Source of the DNA: Magallana gigas
Taxonomy: Eukaryota
DNA: 64,000 nucleotides
Direction of reading: 5' to 3'
NCBI RefSeq assembly: GCF_963853765.1
Contig: NC_088855.1
Coordinates: 1,426,001-1,490,000, forward strand
Position 1 is the stretch's first letter; each line of letters opens with the position of its first letter. The notes beneath the pieces are model-generated. The model was not told the origin of the DNA, did not search any database, and worked only from the letters and a program-made list of their open reading frames with translations. Of this stretch, positions 38,101-49,526 are shown piece by piece. A program made the translations under genes and the position numbers.

Positions 38101-38749
38101 AACATGACTCCATCAAGACCACTACAGTAACTTTATGTGGTTCATTTTTTAAAATTGTTTATTTTTGTGATCAGCTTCAGGCCTTCAGCCGATCACAGTT
38201 GTGTCCATATGAGGCATGTGGCAAACTACACTATTTGCGAACACATTACGCTTCGCACTACTTTGTGACTATATATGCAGTGACAGCTTCATGTATATTT
38301 TTAATTAATAGTTTTATAACTAAGAAATATTATTTTGATGTATATGACTTGAGATTTGACCATTTTTACATCATGATTAAATCATGCTTTTCTTTACATA
38401 CATAAGAATTTTGTTAGGAAGTACACTTCGCTTACTAAAAATAAAGTCAATTCGTTCCTTGCTATTTTGGAAAGCAATTAACAAACAACACGATTTATCC
38501 TATTTAATGCATGATATACTTTTGGCATATTAAACATAAAAATATTTCATGCTGACAACTGATATCACATGCCGATCACACCTTTAAAAGGAATACTTGT
38601 CTATACCTCGCGCTGAAAAAGTTACCAGATTTGGATATTTATATAATAAACATAATGAGACAGTATTAACTGCTTCTTATTTTAAATGAAGTAGTTTACA
38701 GATCCATTAATGATTAATTTGATTTGACAATGATATACATAATAAATGG

Positions 38750-39340
38750 CACAGTGTGCATTAAATGCACAAAATAGCCTTTTAAATACGGCATAACTCC
38801 CAAAAATGCACATCTAAACTTTTGTCTTTAACAGCAAACAAAATTCTTATGTCGAAAGTGCCAAAATTTCCAGAAAAATGTTTAAGAGGAAATGCACTTA
38901 CAAACTGTTCATTACTATGTAGTAGTTGGGGCTATATGGACCGTGGATATCGGCCTGGGTAGCTCAGTGGTAGAGCTCCTGACTAGAGTTGCAGGGGTCC
39001 AGGGTTCGATTCCCAGTCCAGCATATGTTTTCATTGTATCTATTTACTCATTCCTCCTTTCCTACTACAACTATATTCAATTTATGGCCAGAATTCTAAC
39101 TTTAAAAGGCCAAATTTCCAGAAAAATAATGGAATGATAAGATTTTTCTGGTAATATGCATATATAAACATTGTGTTCTTTTATCTACAGTTTCTTGAAA
39201 TTCCATGCAGCAGTTTAAGAGGAGTTGCGCCTACAAAAAAAGGAGGATCCGGAATGATGGACAGACTGACTGACTGACTGAGTGACGGCCGGGTCAAAAA
39301 CATTATGTAACCCTTGCAGCTTGTTGTATGGGGTATAAAA
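38750..39340 (+). mobile_element. Degenerate HINE-like fragment ((GACT)n + 3' hairpin remnant) interrupted by a solo LTR
   Basis: (gact)n at about 39262-39283 followed by ...cccttgcagcttgttgtatggggtataaaa. Confidence 0.55.
38918..39069 (+). mobile_element. 152-bp solo LTR with tRNA-derived core
   Basis: TGTAGTAG...CTACTACA 8-bp terminal inverted repeat; ACTA duplicated on both flanks; internal A box (tagctcagtgg) and B box (gggttcgattc). Confidence 0.85.
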
Positions 39341-40349
39341 ACCTTTGCCAAATTGCTATAATGGTGTGAATACAGGTTATTAGTGAGGACCGATTCCCCA
39401 TGTTTACCACCTAGCCGACTTACCACACTTAACACCTGTAGGCTATATCCACTAAATATTTTAACAAGTTGAAAGAAAAAGAACCAATGAAAAAAACTAC
39501 AAAGTACAATGAGACAGTCAAATAGTTGATATATCAACCATCTGCCAGACTCTTTGGGTTTAAGTTAAACAGAAGGATGGCCTCACTCATTGACTGCTGA
39601 GTGACCCTGGAGTTGCAACATGGGCCGGGTTTTCTTGAGTTACGTATGCTTTAAAAATCCTATGGGATACCCTACCCTAAAGTTCATTACAAATAGGCAA
39701 TTGCATACCCACAAATTATCGCTGAAATATCTCTATTATATATCAAAAAGAAGAATTTATAGGTCTACTTGTAGAAACTTCATGACTGTACATGTCACTT
39801 GATAAAAGGGAACAAACTATATGGCTGGCAAACATTTCAAATTTCAGAGTGAGATTCAGAGGCAACTGTGAAAGCTGGGAACAAAGTTATGAGTGCATGC
39901 AGACTTAATTATTCCCAATTTGATTGATCTCACAGAAATGTCAAACATCTCCACTAATTCTGTAGACCATTTGACATTTTTCATCAAATGTCAAATTAAC
40001 CACACTTCTGCCCTATATATGACTCTGCAAATCACAGCAAATGATACGATTTTTTGTATCCCACCATAGATTCCAAGTAATTGGTTCCTTAAAATTTTAT
40101 TTATAAAGAGAATCAAATAAAACTGCATGAAAAATGATTTTTGAGGGGAACTCAACCAAAGAGAGATAACTGTGCTCGAACTGTATTATCAAGTATTTTT
40201 TTAAAGCAGGAAATTCAAGCAAGTATAGATATTTATTGGCAACAGGTATCCATGAATTACAGTATCTAAGATTATAGGGAGCTTCATACCGAGCACTAAC
40301 AATATCTTCCTACACCAAGAGCGCAAACTACTCCTCGAGTGTGCTGATG

Positions 40350-40388
40350 TGACGTCTCGCCCCGCCTGCATATGGTAGATCTATAAAA
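40350..40388 (+). promoter_or_regulatory. Compact promoter-like module (CRE-like, GC box, TATA)
   Basis: TGACGTCT 40350-40357, CGCCCCGCC 40358-40366, TATAAAA 40382-40388. Confidence 0.4.
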
Positions 40389-41151
40389 AGGCTGCTCAGG
40401 TCAACTCGTACGTGATACAAAACATGATGAGCAAATACTCGCACATTAGAAAATGTTATCTCTCTAAGACAAAATATATTGTTTTACTCACAGAACCTTT
40501 TATGAACATGTTGTATTACTTGATAATACATAAAACATTATCCTCAGTTCTTATACCGATCGGTTTGGACTGATGTACGGTACATTTTACTATGTTAAAT
40601 TAAAAACAAAAACCCGGGTTAGATCTCTGATAAGGGGCAGACCCTGGAATATCTCCTACATGTGCTAGAAACACCGATTCAGGTATTAAGTCCTCATCTG
40701 TCGGCACACTTGGTGCCGGGTGGCATTTATTCGTATACTGAGAGATTCCGGGGACCAGGGTTTCAATCCAGAATTGAATCCCCATCTTGTACGTCATTAT
40801 TTCATCCATTCTGTTTCACATGAAATATAACTAATATATGAGGATTCTCTATCAACGATATGGTAACACTTGATACTTCTGGCTCAAATGCTGGTGCAGA
40901 TATTGAAGAATGATACTTATGGCACTAAGTCTCAATTAAACCTTGAGTTAATTTGATAATGTCCATTGTCTCAGGTTCTGCCAACAAGTCAATTGTACTT
41001 AAAATTCATCCAAATGTGATGGGAACAATAACTTGGAACAGATTATAAGTGATGTGCTTTTAACATGTTTAATTGTTAAGAATTTCTCGAAGTTCACAGC
41101 ACCAAGATAAGCCAATGAAAAAGTTGGTTATGGTCTACGTACCGGTAATTT

Positions 41152-42065
41152 ACAGCTTAATCCACTATTCCAATATTGAAATCGCTTATTTTGAAATTCC
41201 GCTTATTTTGAAATAGAAATAAATCCCCATTTTTTTTCCTCTCATTTTCTTTGCATTGATTTAACGGATATAATGAAATTGGCTATTTTGAAATATCGCT
41301 TATATTGAAGCCACTGATCGGTCCCCATAGGGGATATATAGTTGTTTTTATAACGGTTATATTGAAGTACTCCCTGGCGGCTGTCGTCACGGATGGTGAC
41401 AGTAATTATGCCAGACTGACCTGTTGATATACAAAGGTGTGAATTGATAAGTTCTCATCATGTGTTTTTATACTTCCTTTAAAAAGTAAAATTTATTCAC
41501 TGTTGAATTTTTTGTTTTTATGCATACAGATGTATTGAGGCTAGACGTAATATGAACACTCAACGGAAAAGAAAAAACCTTATCTTCGGACACTAAATAC
41601 GAACTAGTTATGGCTATTGATAAAAGAACAAAGCCTGAATACGAAATAGCTAAGGATTTTGAGATTATCGCGAGTACACTTACGATGATATACAAGCAGT
41701 GAACAGCAGTATTTGAAGCGTTTGAGTCTAGTGATTTTTCTCTATAAAATGAAAAAGAATGCGATCGGAGATTATGATGAGGTTTAAGATACATGTAGTA
41801 ACAAAATGAAACTTACTTAAAATATGGATATAATTTTTATCAAACTTTCAAGGACAAATATCCATATAATCTGACCACTGTCATAGATAAATGGTGACCA
41901 AATAATTTGTTCGGGTTTGGTTTTCTATGCTGACATTGGGATTGAACTTTCAATAATGGCGGCTTCACGTTAGTCAATTTTGCTTATATTGAAATACGGA
42001 TATATTGAAATAATTTGCATGGTCCCCTGAATTTCAATACATGTATATCCGGAGTAGGGAGTAGG
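41152..42065. mobile_element. Degenerate Tc1/pogo-type MITE-like element
   Basis: Subterminal (c)ttat(a/t)ttgaa repeats and ggtcccc motifs near both ends; TIRs poorly conserved. Confidence 0.4.
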
Positions 42066-42212
42066 CTGTATATCATAATAAGTGACTTGTAAGTCTTTCT
42101 GATCCTCTAAGGATTATTTATTGAAACAAAGATAATAATTTTGATAAACTAATACAGCATCAAAGAGACACTTTTACTAATATACCATCTATTAGATGTT
42201 GACCTTAACAAA

Positions 42213-42786
42213 GTCACAGGTGCTTGAGGACAGTGCTGCACTGTCCACTCCCCCCCCCCCCCCCCCCCCCCCCAAGTATCTAGACCCCCCCTAATCTCAG
42301 TGAGATTCGTTGAGACTGAAAAAATTTTGACGGACGTCTCTTCCGAAGAGACGTCCATCAAAAATTTTTCAGTCTCGATGAATCTCGCTGAGATTAGACC
42401 CCCCCTCCCCCGAGACTTTACTCCTTTTTTCATTTAATTATCTTTCCTTTTATGACATATTCATAAAATAATTTATACATTCATTGTACAAAATTACTTA
42501 AAACAAACACATTTTTTTTTAATCAGACCCTCTCTATGTATTATATATATAGAGAGAGAGAGAGATAGAGAGAGCGAGAGCGAGAGCGAGGGGGTCTGAT
42601 TTGTTAAAAATCTTTGTTTTAAGTAATTTTGTGCGATGAGTGTATAAATTAGTTTATAAATTTGTTATAAAATGATAACTTAATGAAAAAAGAAGTAAAT
42701 AAGTATCGGTGGGTCTAGACACTTAGGGGTGGGGAATGGAAAGGGGAGGTCGGTCCTGTCGGCTGTCCTCAAGCTACCGTGATGTC
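42213..42786. mobile_element. Foldback element with (GA)n centre and an inserted 107-bp palindrome
   Basis: Left/right arms pair across 42213-42535 and 42585-42786 (e.g. gcttgaggacag/ctgtcctcaagc, tctagaccc/gggtctaga, aattacttaaaacaaa/tttgttttaagtaatt). Confidence 0.7.
42291..42397. repeat. 107-bp near-perfect palindrome (53-bp arms, 1-nt loop)
   Basis: ctaatctcag...tctcttc c gaagaga...ctgagattag; 5 mismatches; acccccc on both flanks. Confidence 0.95.
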
Positions 42787-42932
42787 ACTGAGGATAAAAG
42801 AAGGTTTTGAAATAATGGTGAAAGTACTGATAAAGCGAAACATTGTAGATCTATTACAGTCTGCAAGAAAGAAACGGCATGCTTCAGAAACACTTCTGAG
42901 TGTAGGGTATAACCACTGCAGGAGTCGGCGAT

Positions 42933-43055
42933 TTTATCAATTTGTTGTAAATAAATGAGAAACGGGCAAAATCCTACCAGTGAGCTTCGCTTTGCTCGCG
43001 AAGCTCACTGGTAGGATTTTGCCTGTTTCTCATTTATTTACAACAAATTGATAAA
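42933..43055. repeat. 123-bp palindrome (58-bp arms, 7-nt loop, 1 mismatch)
   Basis: tttatcaatttg...gagcttcgc tttgctc gcgaagctc...caaattgataaa. Confidence 0.95.
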
Positions 43056-44217
43056 TTCGGCTGTGGTACAACAGATACCATGCATCATCATTACATTGTA
43101 TCAGAATTAATTGGGGCTTCCTAGTAGCGTGCAAATACAGACATACCTTGTAAAATGTTAGTAATTGGAATTTTCAGTTTTAACACACCAGGGGCAAGCA
43201 TTGGAGAATCTAAAAAGGCTGCCGCTGTTAGAATTTACCGCCATCTCCAAGTGTTATTGTTGTTTCTCGTGCCCGATCTTTTTACGATCATTAACAGATT
43301 TTTATTTTTTTCTTAAATCTAATTTTGAATTTATTTATTTTTGTAATTTAGAAACTTGTTTGCGATGTAAATCGTTCGTTTAATTATGTTTTAAATACAA
43401 GTTGTTTTAGATTGTTCCCCCATCAATCTTCCTCAACTGTCATAAAACGACATAAAATCAATGAGTTCTAAGACTATAGAAAATCACATCTTAATAAACC
43501 GAATTCTTATTAATAATCTTTTAATATTTCATATTTCTCCGTCGTATTTTATTCAGTTTTAAATTTAGCGGCAACAATTCTCTTCGAAAGGTCACTGTAA
43601 CCTTAGTGTAAAGAACGATCAAAATTAACTTTTTTTTTCTTGTAAAGATTCATCAGCATGTTCAGTGAATGTTGATTTGGTAGTGAACAAAAATGACCGT
43701 GTATAAACACCGTTGTGAATTATTGTTCCTAAACCTTACATTCGTTAGTAACGAGTATCCACGAATTCCACGAACGTTAATTTGATTGTCCACGAATATA
43801 TATAATTTTTTTTAAAAATCAAAGAATTCGTTCACTTTTTACAGAATATAAGGCACATAAATTGGTTAAAAAGCATCATCTATGAATATTTTGAAAGTGT
43901 TTGTGTAATTCGATCAATGTAATCATTTTTTAAAAATAAAAATATGATAAGAAATGTCTTTACTTTTTACAATGACCTTGAATTTTACATAAATTGAAAA
44001 TTTTTAATGTACAATGCCACATTCAATGCAATACAAAATATTCAGATTACTGTATACAGAGAACACTCAAGTTGATATATCACAGTGTAAACATATAATA
44101 AGCAAATACGTAAGCCTGAATACAGAGAATAGCAAGGAACGGCCAATCAGCCGGGGTGTTTGTACTCAAAGTAGTCAAGTTTTAACAAACGTTTTACAGG
44201 TGTGTACGGTTTATCAC

Positions 44218-44334
44218 AGGCACCTCGATGCTGACGATATATATTTTTCTCATAATAAAAATATATACCCTTTACCTAATATAAGATGGTATATATTTTT
44301 TATTATGAGAAAAATAAATAACGTCAGGTGCCTG
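44218..44334. repeat. Palindromic element (~28-bp core arms, 18-nt loop)
   Basis: atttttctcataataaaaatatatacc / ggtatatattttttattatgagaaaaat, plus caggcacc/ggtgcctg outer arms. Confidence 0.85.
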
Positions 44335-44480
44335 AGGTGTTTATGTACATATATTTACATTTGCCAGTGTCTTTGCCTGTGATAACACTATGTGTCGATT
44401 TTTTACTATACAGTCCAATAAATTCAAATGGCGTATAATGGGGGCGCAAGCGGGGTTTGCTTATTTAAATTCAAATATTT

Positions 44481-44911
44481 AATAGTACAATTGCTGAAAA
44501 ATTTATATGATCACAACTATCATAAAGCCCTTCGGGCTTTATTGGATTTGATCACGCCCCGACCAAAATTATTATCTCATAATACTCAAAGAATGATTCC
44601 TTATTTCTATTCGTCACAAACAAGGTTAATTATTTTTTACAAGAGTCGATAGTCAATTCGTATTATAGTATGGCAATACATTCACAGAGATTTTTGAGGA
44701 GGTTAAATTTTAAGATCATATATTTTTTTACTGTATGATTTATTTAAGGAATAAGGAATCATTCTTTGAGTATTATGAGGTGATCAAACACAGTCGGGGT
44801 GATCAAATCCAATTAAGCCCGAAGTGCTTTATGATATTTGATCACCTCATAATATTTAAAGAATGATTCCTTATGACTTATATTTATGTAATTTTTAGCA
44901 ATTGTACGATT
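44481..44911. mobile_element. Non-autonomous TIR element with internal inverted repeats (Crypton-N-like by recollection)
   Basis: Termini aatagtacaattgctgaaaaatt / aatttttagcaattgtacgatt; ctcataatactcaaagaatgattccttat in both orientations; taaagcccttcgggcttta hairpin. Related copy at 56311-56482. Confidence 0.6.
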
Positions 44912-45025
44912 TTGCGTCGTATTAAAATATAGTCATTTATGAAATGTACTGGGCCATACAGTACAAAATTGATTGGTAGTGGACACTGGAAAATGTAAAT
45001 ATTGTACATGTAGTATGGAGGATTA

Positions 45026-45180
45026 NNNNNNNNNNNNNNNNNNNNNNNNNNNNNNNNNNNNNNNNNNNNNNNNNNNNNNNNNNNNNNNNNNNNNNNNNNN
45101 NNNNNNNNNNNNNNNNNNNNNNNNNNNNNNNNNNNNNNNNNNNNNNNNNNNNNNNNNNNNNNNNNNNNNNNNNNNNNNNN
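45026..45180. other. Assembly gap (155 N)
   Basis: Run of N. Confidence 1.
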
Positions 45181-45508
45181 GGAGAAATATTTATCCTTGA
45201 AGAGAACTGTTTTTGACGTCATCGTAAGTGCCACAGGTGGGGTACATACATGTCCGATGAGGCTATACCCACCTGGCAACGAAACGAGGAATTGAATTCA
45301 CTGTCGACACAGAGTTCAGAAAAAACATTATAAAGTTCAAATGTGTCATTTCATAATGAATAGCTTCAATAATATAATTCATCAAAAACAGAAACCGTAC
45401 CAGATGTGGCCTATATAGATGTTTACCAACATGACGGATGCTGCTCCTTTGGCTATGGGAGTCCCAACAATACATCAGTGGCCATATATATATACATCAG
45501 TGTACCAA

Positions 45509-45547
45509 TATATATACCATAGTCCCTATATATATAGCACTTCAGTT
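45509..45547 (+). promoter_or_regulatory. Putative core promoter of the Ig-domain gene (TATA + TCAGTT initiator)
   Basis: TATATATA at 45509-45516, about 30 nt before TCAGTT (45542-45547), whose central A (45544) is 44 nt before the ATG. Confidence 0.45.
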
Positions 45548-45587
45548 GCAAGCAAGCACCAACTGAAGATAAACAGCTATTTGGAAG

Positions 45588-48407
45588 ATGAGTTCAAATA
45601 ACTCATGGATGTTTCTCCAATTTTTGCCGATTTTGGTGATTATCAACACGATAAAGGTAAACTTATATATCATGCTTCTAATTACATGTAAAGCCAGAAA
45701 AATACAGATTTGTTAAAAAGAGCTACGTTGCTAATGAGGCGAACTTGCTCTGATGATTGAGGAACCATTTTAACAAGACCTTAGACTTTCGATAGGACGT
45801 AACTATATATCTATTTCTTGCGTCAAAATAAGTTTAAATGACGCTGGTTTCAAATGAAAAATACACAGATTGCGTAGTCTTAGATCAAAAGCCAGACAAA
45901 ACTTGTTGATTTCAAAGAGCCATGACTGAGTAGCCAGCAATGAAATAGACAGTCCTACGTCATATTGCTGTTTGACACAACTACCCAAAGTCCTCAATGA
46001 ATGGAGAGAGCAACACTCCTATGCTATGGCCTGGTCCTTATTGCCTTTACATACAGCGATCATTTATGGTGGTTCACTACAACTAGTTTCTCAAATCAGC
46101 CAAAATATTACTTCATTATGATAGAAGATAGCGTGACGCATAGAAGAAAATAAGTCAAATAGGCGAAATAATATGCAATTTTGGATTAAAAAAAATATGA
46201 ATTTCAAAAAACTTATCCAGTAAATATGAACAAAAGCCAAAGGCGAATTCGAACTTATGATCTGCGGTTCACAAGCATGATACTGTAACCACTGAGCCCA
46301 GATGATATGCAACCAGTTCGATTGATACAAACAATCTAACAAAACATTTCAATCCCCGTCTTGTGACAAAGTGTCTTAAAAAGTATTCATGTAGTATGGT
46401 ACCTTAATATATGGTCACAATCTCAAGGAAGATTTAATGCAAAAAAATAAATTTCTTGCATGCCAAAAGATACATGCCAAAAAAGAATTTAATGTAAATG
46501 TTAAAATAATTTTTTTTTCTTATAAGGGACAGGAAATGGACTTCGGCGTGAACTATGTGACGTCATACAGTAAGCGGTACGACAAGAGCAGTGGGCTGGT
46601 TCACCTGTCTGTACTGGTGGACGTCCCAGAGTCGGGCCCCACCCTCGCCGTGTACTGGCAAGTCAACGAGGGCGTGGTAGGGGGTGAGCAACATTTAACG
46701 CGGTTTATGTATTCTTTCTGCAATGCTCGCTACCTTTATACCTGCATGAATCATTTAAAAAATATGCACAGTCTTATCAATATCTGAATAGAGCTTTTAT
46801 TATAAACAGTGGATGAATCTTCATTGGGATTATGAACAATGTATATATTTATTAATTATACTTTGATTTTGTGTGTCACCAGTGGATGAAGCTTCGTTTG
46901 GAACATCCCTGACCAGAAGTGGGACACAGACCACCTACTTCCTGGTGGCGGATACATCGTACGTCAGACAGGTCTTCTTCACCACAAAGATGGCGGACAG
47001 GTCCAGCAGCATCCGCTTCGAGTCCTTTGATTGGTCCGAGGACTACCCAAGCCCTTCTTCCTTTCCGATACGCTTCAGCAAATGTTCGTCCACAGCAACA
47101 CTGGGGAATTCACAAGTCCCCGACCAACAAACAATGCGTGTAGACTTCAAATGCAACCCGCCATTTTCTGCAAATTATTACAACTACCCCCGGGTGTACT
47201 GGAATATGAAGTTTGGATTGTACTTATTTAACGACAGCGCAAACACTGTTTATTATAAACCTCTTGAAGAAGAAATCCGCGACAAAAGAGGTGATCTATT
47301 ACTTTCAAGAACACCCAGAAGCTTGAGAAGATTTCCCTCCGACGAGAGAATTCCCGGCGAGGACACTATGGCATTTCCCGGCGAAGACACAAGGCCGTCG
47401 CCAAGAGGGTTAACTCCTTCAAGAAATACCGCTTTGACTGAAAATACATTGTCTCTCCAGCACGAGCTAGCAACAATTACCATTGGGGCAACACCATGGG
47501 CAGAACTCGATTTTTCAAGCACCTTTCTTAAAGAGAATGTTGTGTTTCTGGAGACCACCCTTGATGCCCCTCTTCGCATAGGTCTTGCAATGGTATTTTC
47601 GTTTGTACAGAAAGTTCCAATCAGCAAAGACTTACCTTCTGGGGTATACCTACAGAAGGACGGGGGTAAAACCTTTCCACAGCCTTCCGTCGTGAACTGC
47701 CAAGCCTTCGGGAACAACCCACCTAAGGTGAGCATAACCAAGAACGGCAAAACAGTTACAAAGACTGAGAATATTTCTGTTCAGGAGATTAGGTCACCTC
47801 TGTTTTCTACCTCTTACGTCACCTTCGTAAAGAAAAGTTTGGTTAACAGAGAAGCAGACGGTCAATACAGCTGTTTCTATGACAACCCACAAGGTGACGG
47901 CAAGCTCAGTGATTTCTCCGTCTTAACGAGACCAATCTTCCTGGAAGATCAGACCAGGATGACAGAACAGACTCCAGGGGAGGTAAGTTAATGATACTTT
48001 TACCCTATTTTAAAGAGACATGTAACCTACATGTATATTTAGCTATTCATATCCTCGTCAAACATGAAATACAGTATAAATGTAGAAATGAAAATGTGGG
48101 TATAAAACAGAGAACTGTTGTTTAAATGATAAGCACTGAAGTGTGTCCTCTCTTGCTGTAGCTGGCACTTCGTCTGGTGGTGGAAGGCAATGGACAGATG
48201 GTGGTATCTTGTCATGTTCCGGTCCCAGATCACATGGTCCTGATTAACAAGGCAGAGAAATCGGAGCAGCCGACCACAACAACATTACACCGGAAGGAAG
48301 TGACGCTTACGTACCGATATCCACCGGAAGCCGTGCGGCCATTTGATTACTTTTGTACTGTCCGCGATGAATATGGATACCACAACACACATTACGTCCA
48401 TCGATAA
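45588..48407 (+). CDS. Secreted 523-aa protein with two C-terminal Ig-like domains; join 45588-45656, 46527-46683, 46883-47982, 48162-48407
   Basis: Splice phases 0/1/0 all match. Exon 1 encodes a signal-peptide-like MSSNNSWMFLQFLPILVIINTIK|G. Ig signatures VNCQAFGNNPPKV...DGQYSC and VSCHV...DYFCTV. Stop TAA at 48405-48407. Confidence 0.8.
46068..46403 (-). mobile_element. 336-bp TTAA-type (Kolobok-like) element with tRNA-like core, in intron 1 of the Ig gene
   Basis: ttat-ggtggttcactac ... gtagtatggtacc-ttaa; minus strand ggctcagtgg (A box)...cttgtga...agttcgaattc (B box). Confidence 0.65.
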
Positions 48408-49304
48408 CGTGCTAACCCCTTGACTGGCTTAGAACCAATTCTCGTCAAGTACTAGTTCTCACTACTGCATAATTTAACATGCTAAGTAGTGTGGTGTCGA
48501 TAATACATTAGGTTCTTGGTGTGAATAGGTCTCAGGCCAGTAGAGTAAACTTAATCATAAATCAAACGAATTCATAAAATTCATTTCTTTTTCTATTTGT
48601 AGGAGATACATACTTTAGAATAATATCAATCATCTTGCCTCGATAAAAATTGGTTAAGGTCTTTTAAAAAACAAACTACTACGGCATAAGCGATCCTTCA
48701 GTTCCTACAAAGATTCTCTAAAACAAAGGTTTAGCATGGACAAAATTGCACATACAGATAGTCTGACTGTTATTTTATTTAAAAGTTCTCGAACATTTGT
48801 TCATTTACAAATTCAGAACACATCGTTATGCACTTGAGTGCACATCTTGTCAAACTAGGTAATTTATCAAATATTTACCTAAATTAAGTTCTATGTATTC
48901 AATAATACGTATGTTCAATTTTCAACAATGTCTACATGTATAACAAATAATAATCGGCAAAACGAAACTCAACCTGTACAGATGGATACAGGTATATGCA
49001 ACATGGGGGTGTACAAACATTGATTTTAATCCTTACTGGGTTTTCATTAATGACTTTTATAAACCTTACTATGGGGGAAAACTACTATATAGTACCCCCT
49101 TCGTCCCACCCTTCGGGGAAAGGCTACTATAAAGCAGGTTTTCAATGCTACTATGGGGGTAAAACTGCTCTGCAACACCGGTAAAGCCACCAGTATTAGA
49201 ACTGAACTTCCAAGAAAATATATAAAATAGCCAATCCACCTTAACGACCCTGCAATCCCTATGTTATAATTGTAGAAAACTGTGCGATTTCAGTTAGAAA
49301 TCAG

Positions 49305-49526
49305 GCCTCAGGATCATGAAGCAATTTCAGGCTTAAATCAAAATTTCAACCAGTCATAACCAGTCATAAAATAATGGTTTCTCATAAAATGACAATGGAA
49401 ATTGAGAACATTATATTAAGACACTTTTAAATAGCATTTCAATTTTGTCAGTGTTTTCAATCAAGAGATATCAAGACAGTTTACAAATTTTGACTTAATT
49501 CTACTTTTTTTTTCTGATCCTGTGGC
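49305..49526. mobile_element. 222-bp MITE, CAG target duplication
   Basis: TIR gcctcaggatca / tgatcctgtggc, with cag on both flanks; the paralogous site at 52241-52252 is empty (gaaatcag). Confidence 0.75.

Noticed and set aside
38952-39025. Functional tRNA gene
   Set aside because: Imperfect acceptor/anticodon stems, no oligo-T terminator right after, and it is enclosed by LTR termini with a TSD.
44884-45279. ORFs spanning 45026-45180
   Set aside because: Open only because of Ns.
47253-47750. 165-aa minus-strand ORF
   Set aside because: Antisense shadow of the large Ig-gene exon.
48996-49184. 62-aa ORF with hydrophobic N-terminus and YYG motifs (possible secreted peptide)
   Set aside because: It overlaps internally repeated tactatggggg motifs at the edge of the repeated non-coding module and has no supporting promoter or homology; not excluded but unsupported.
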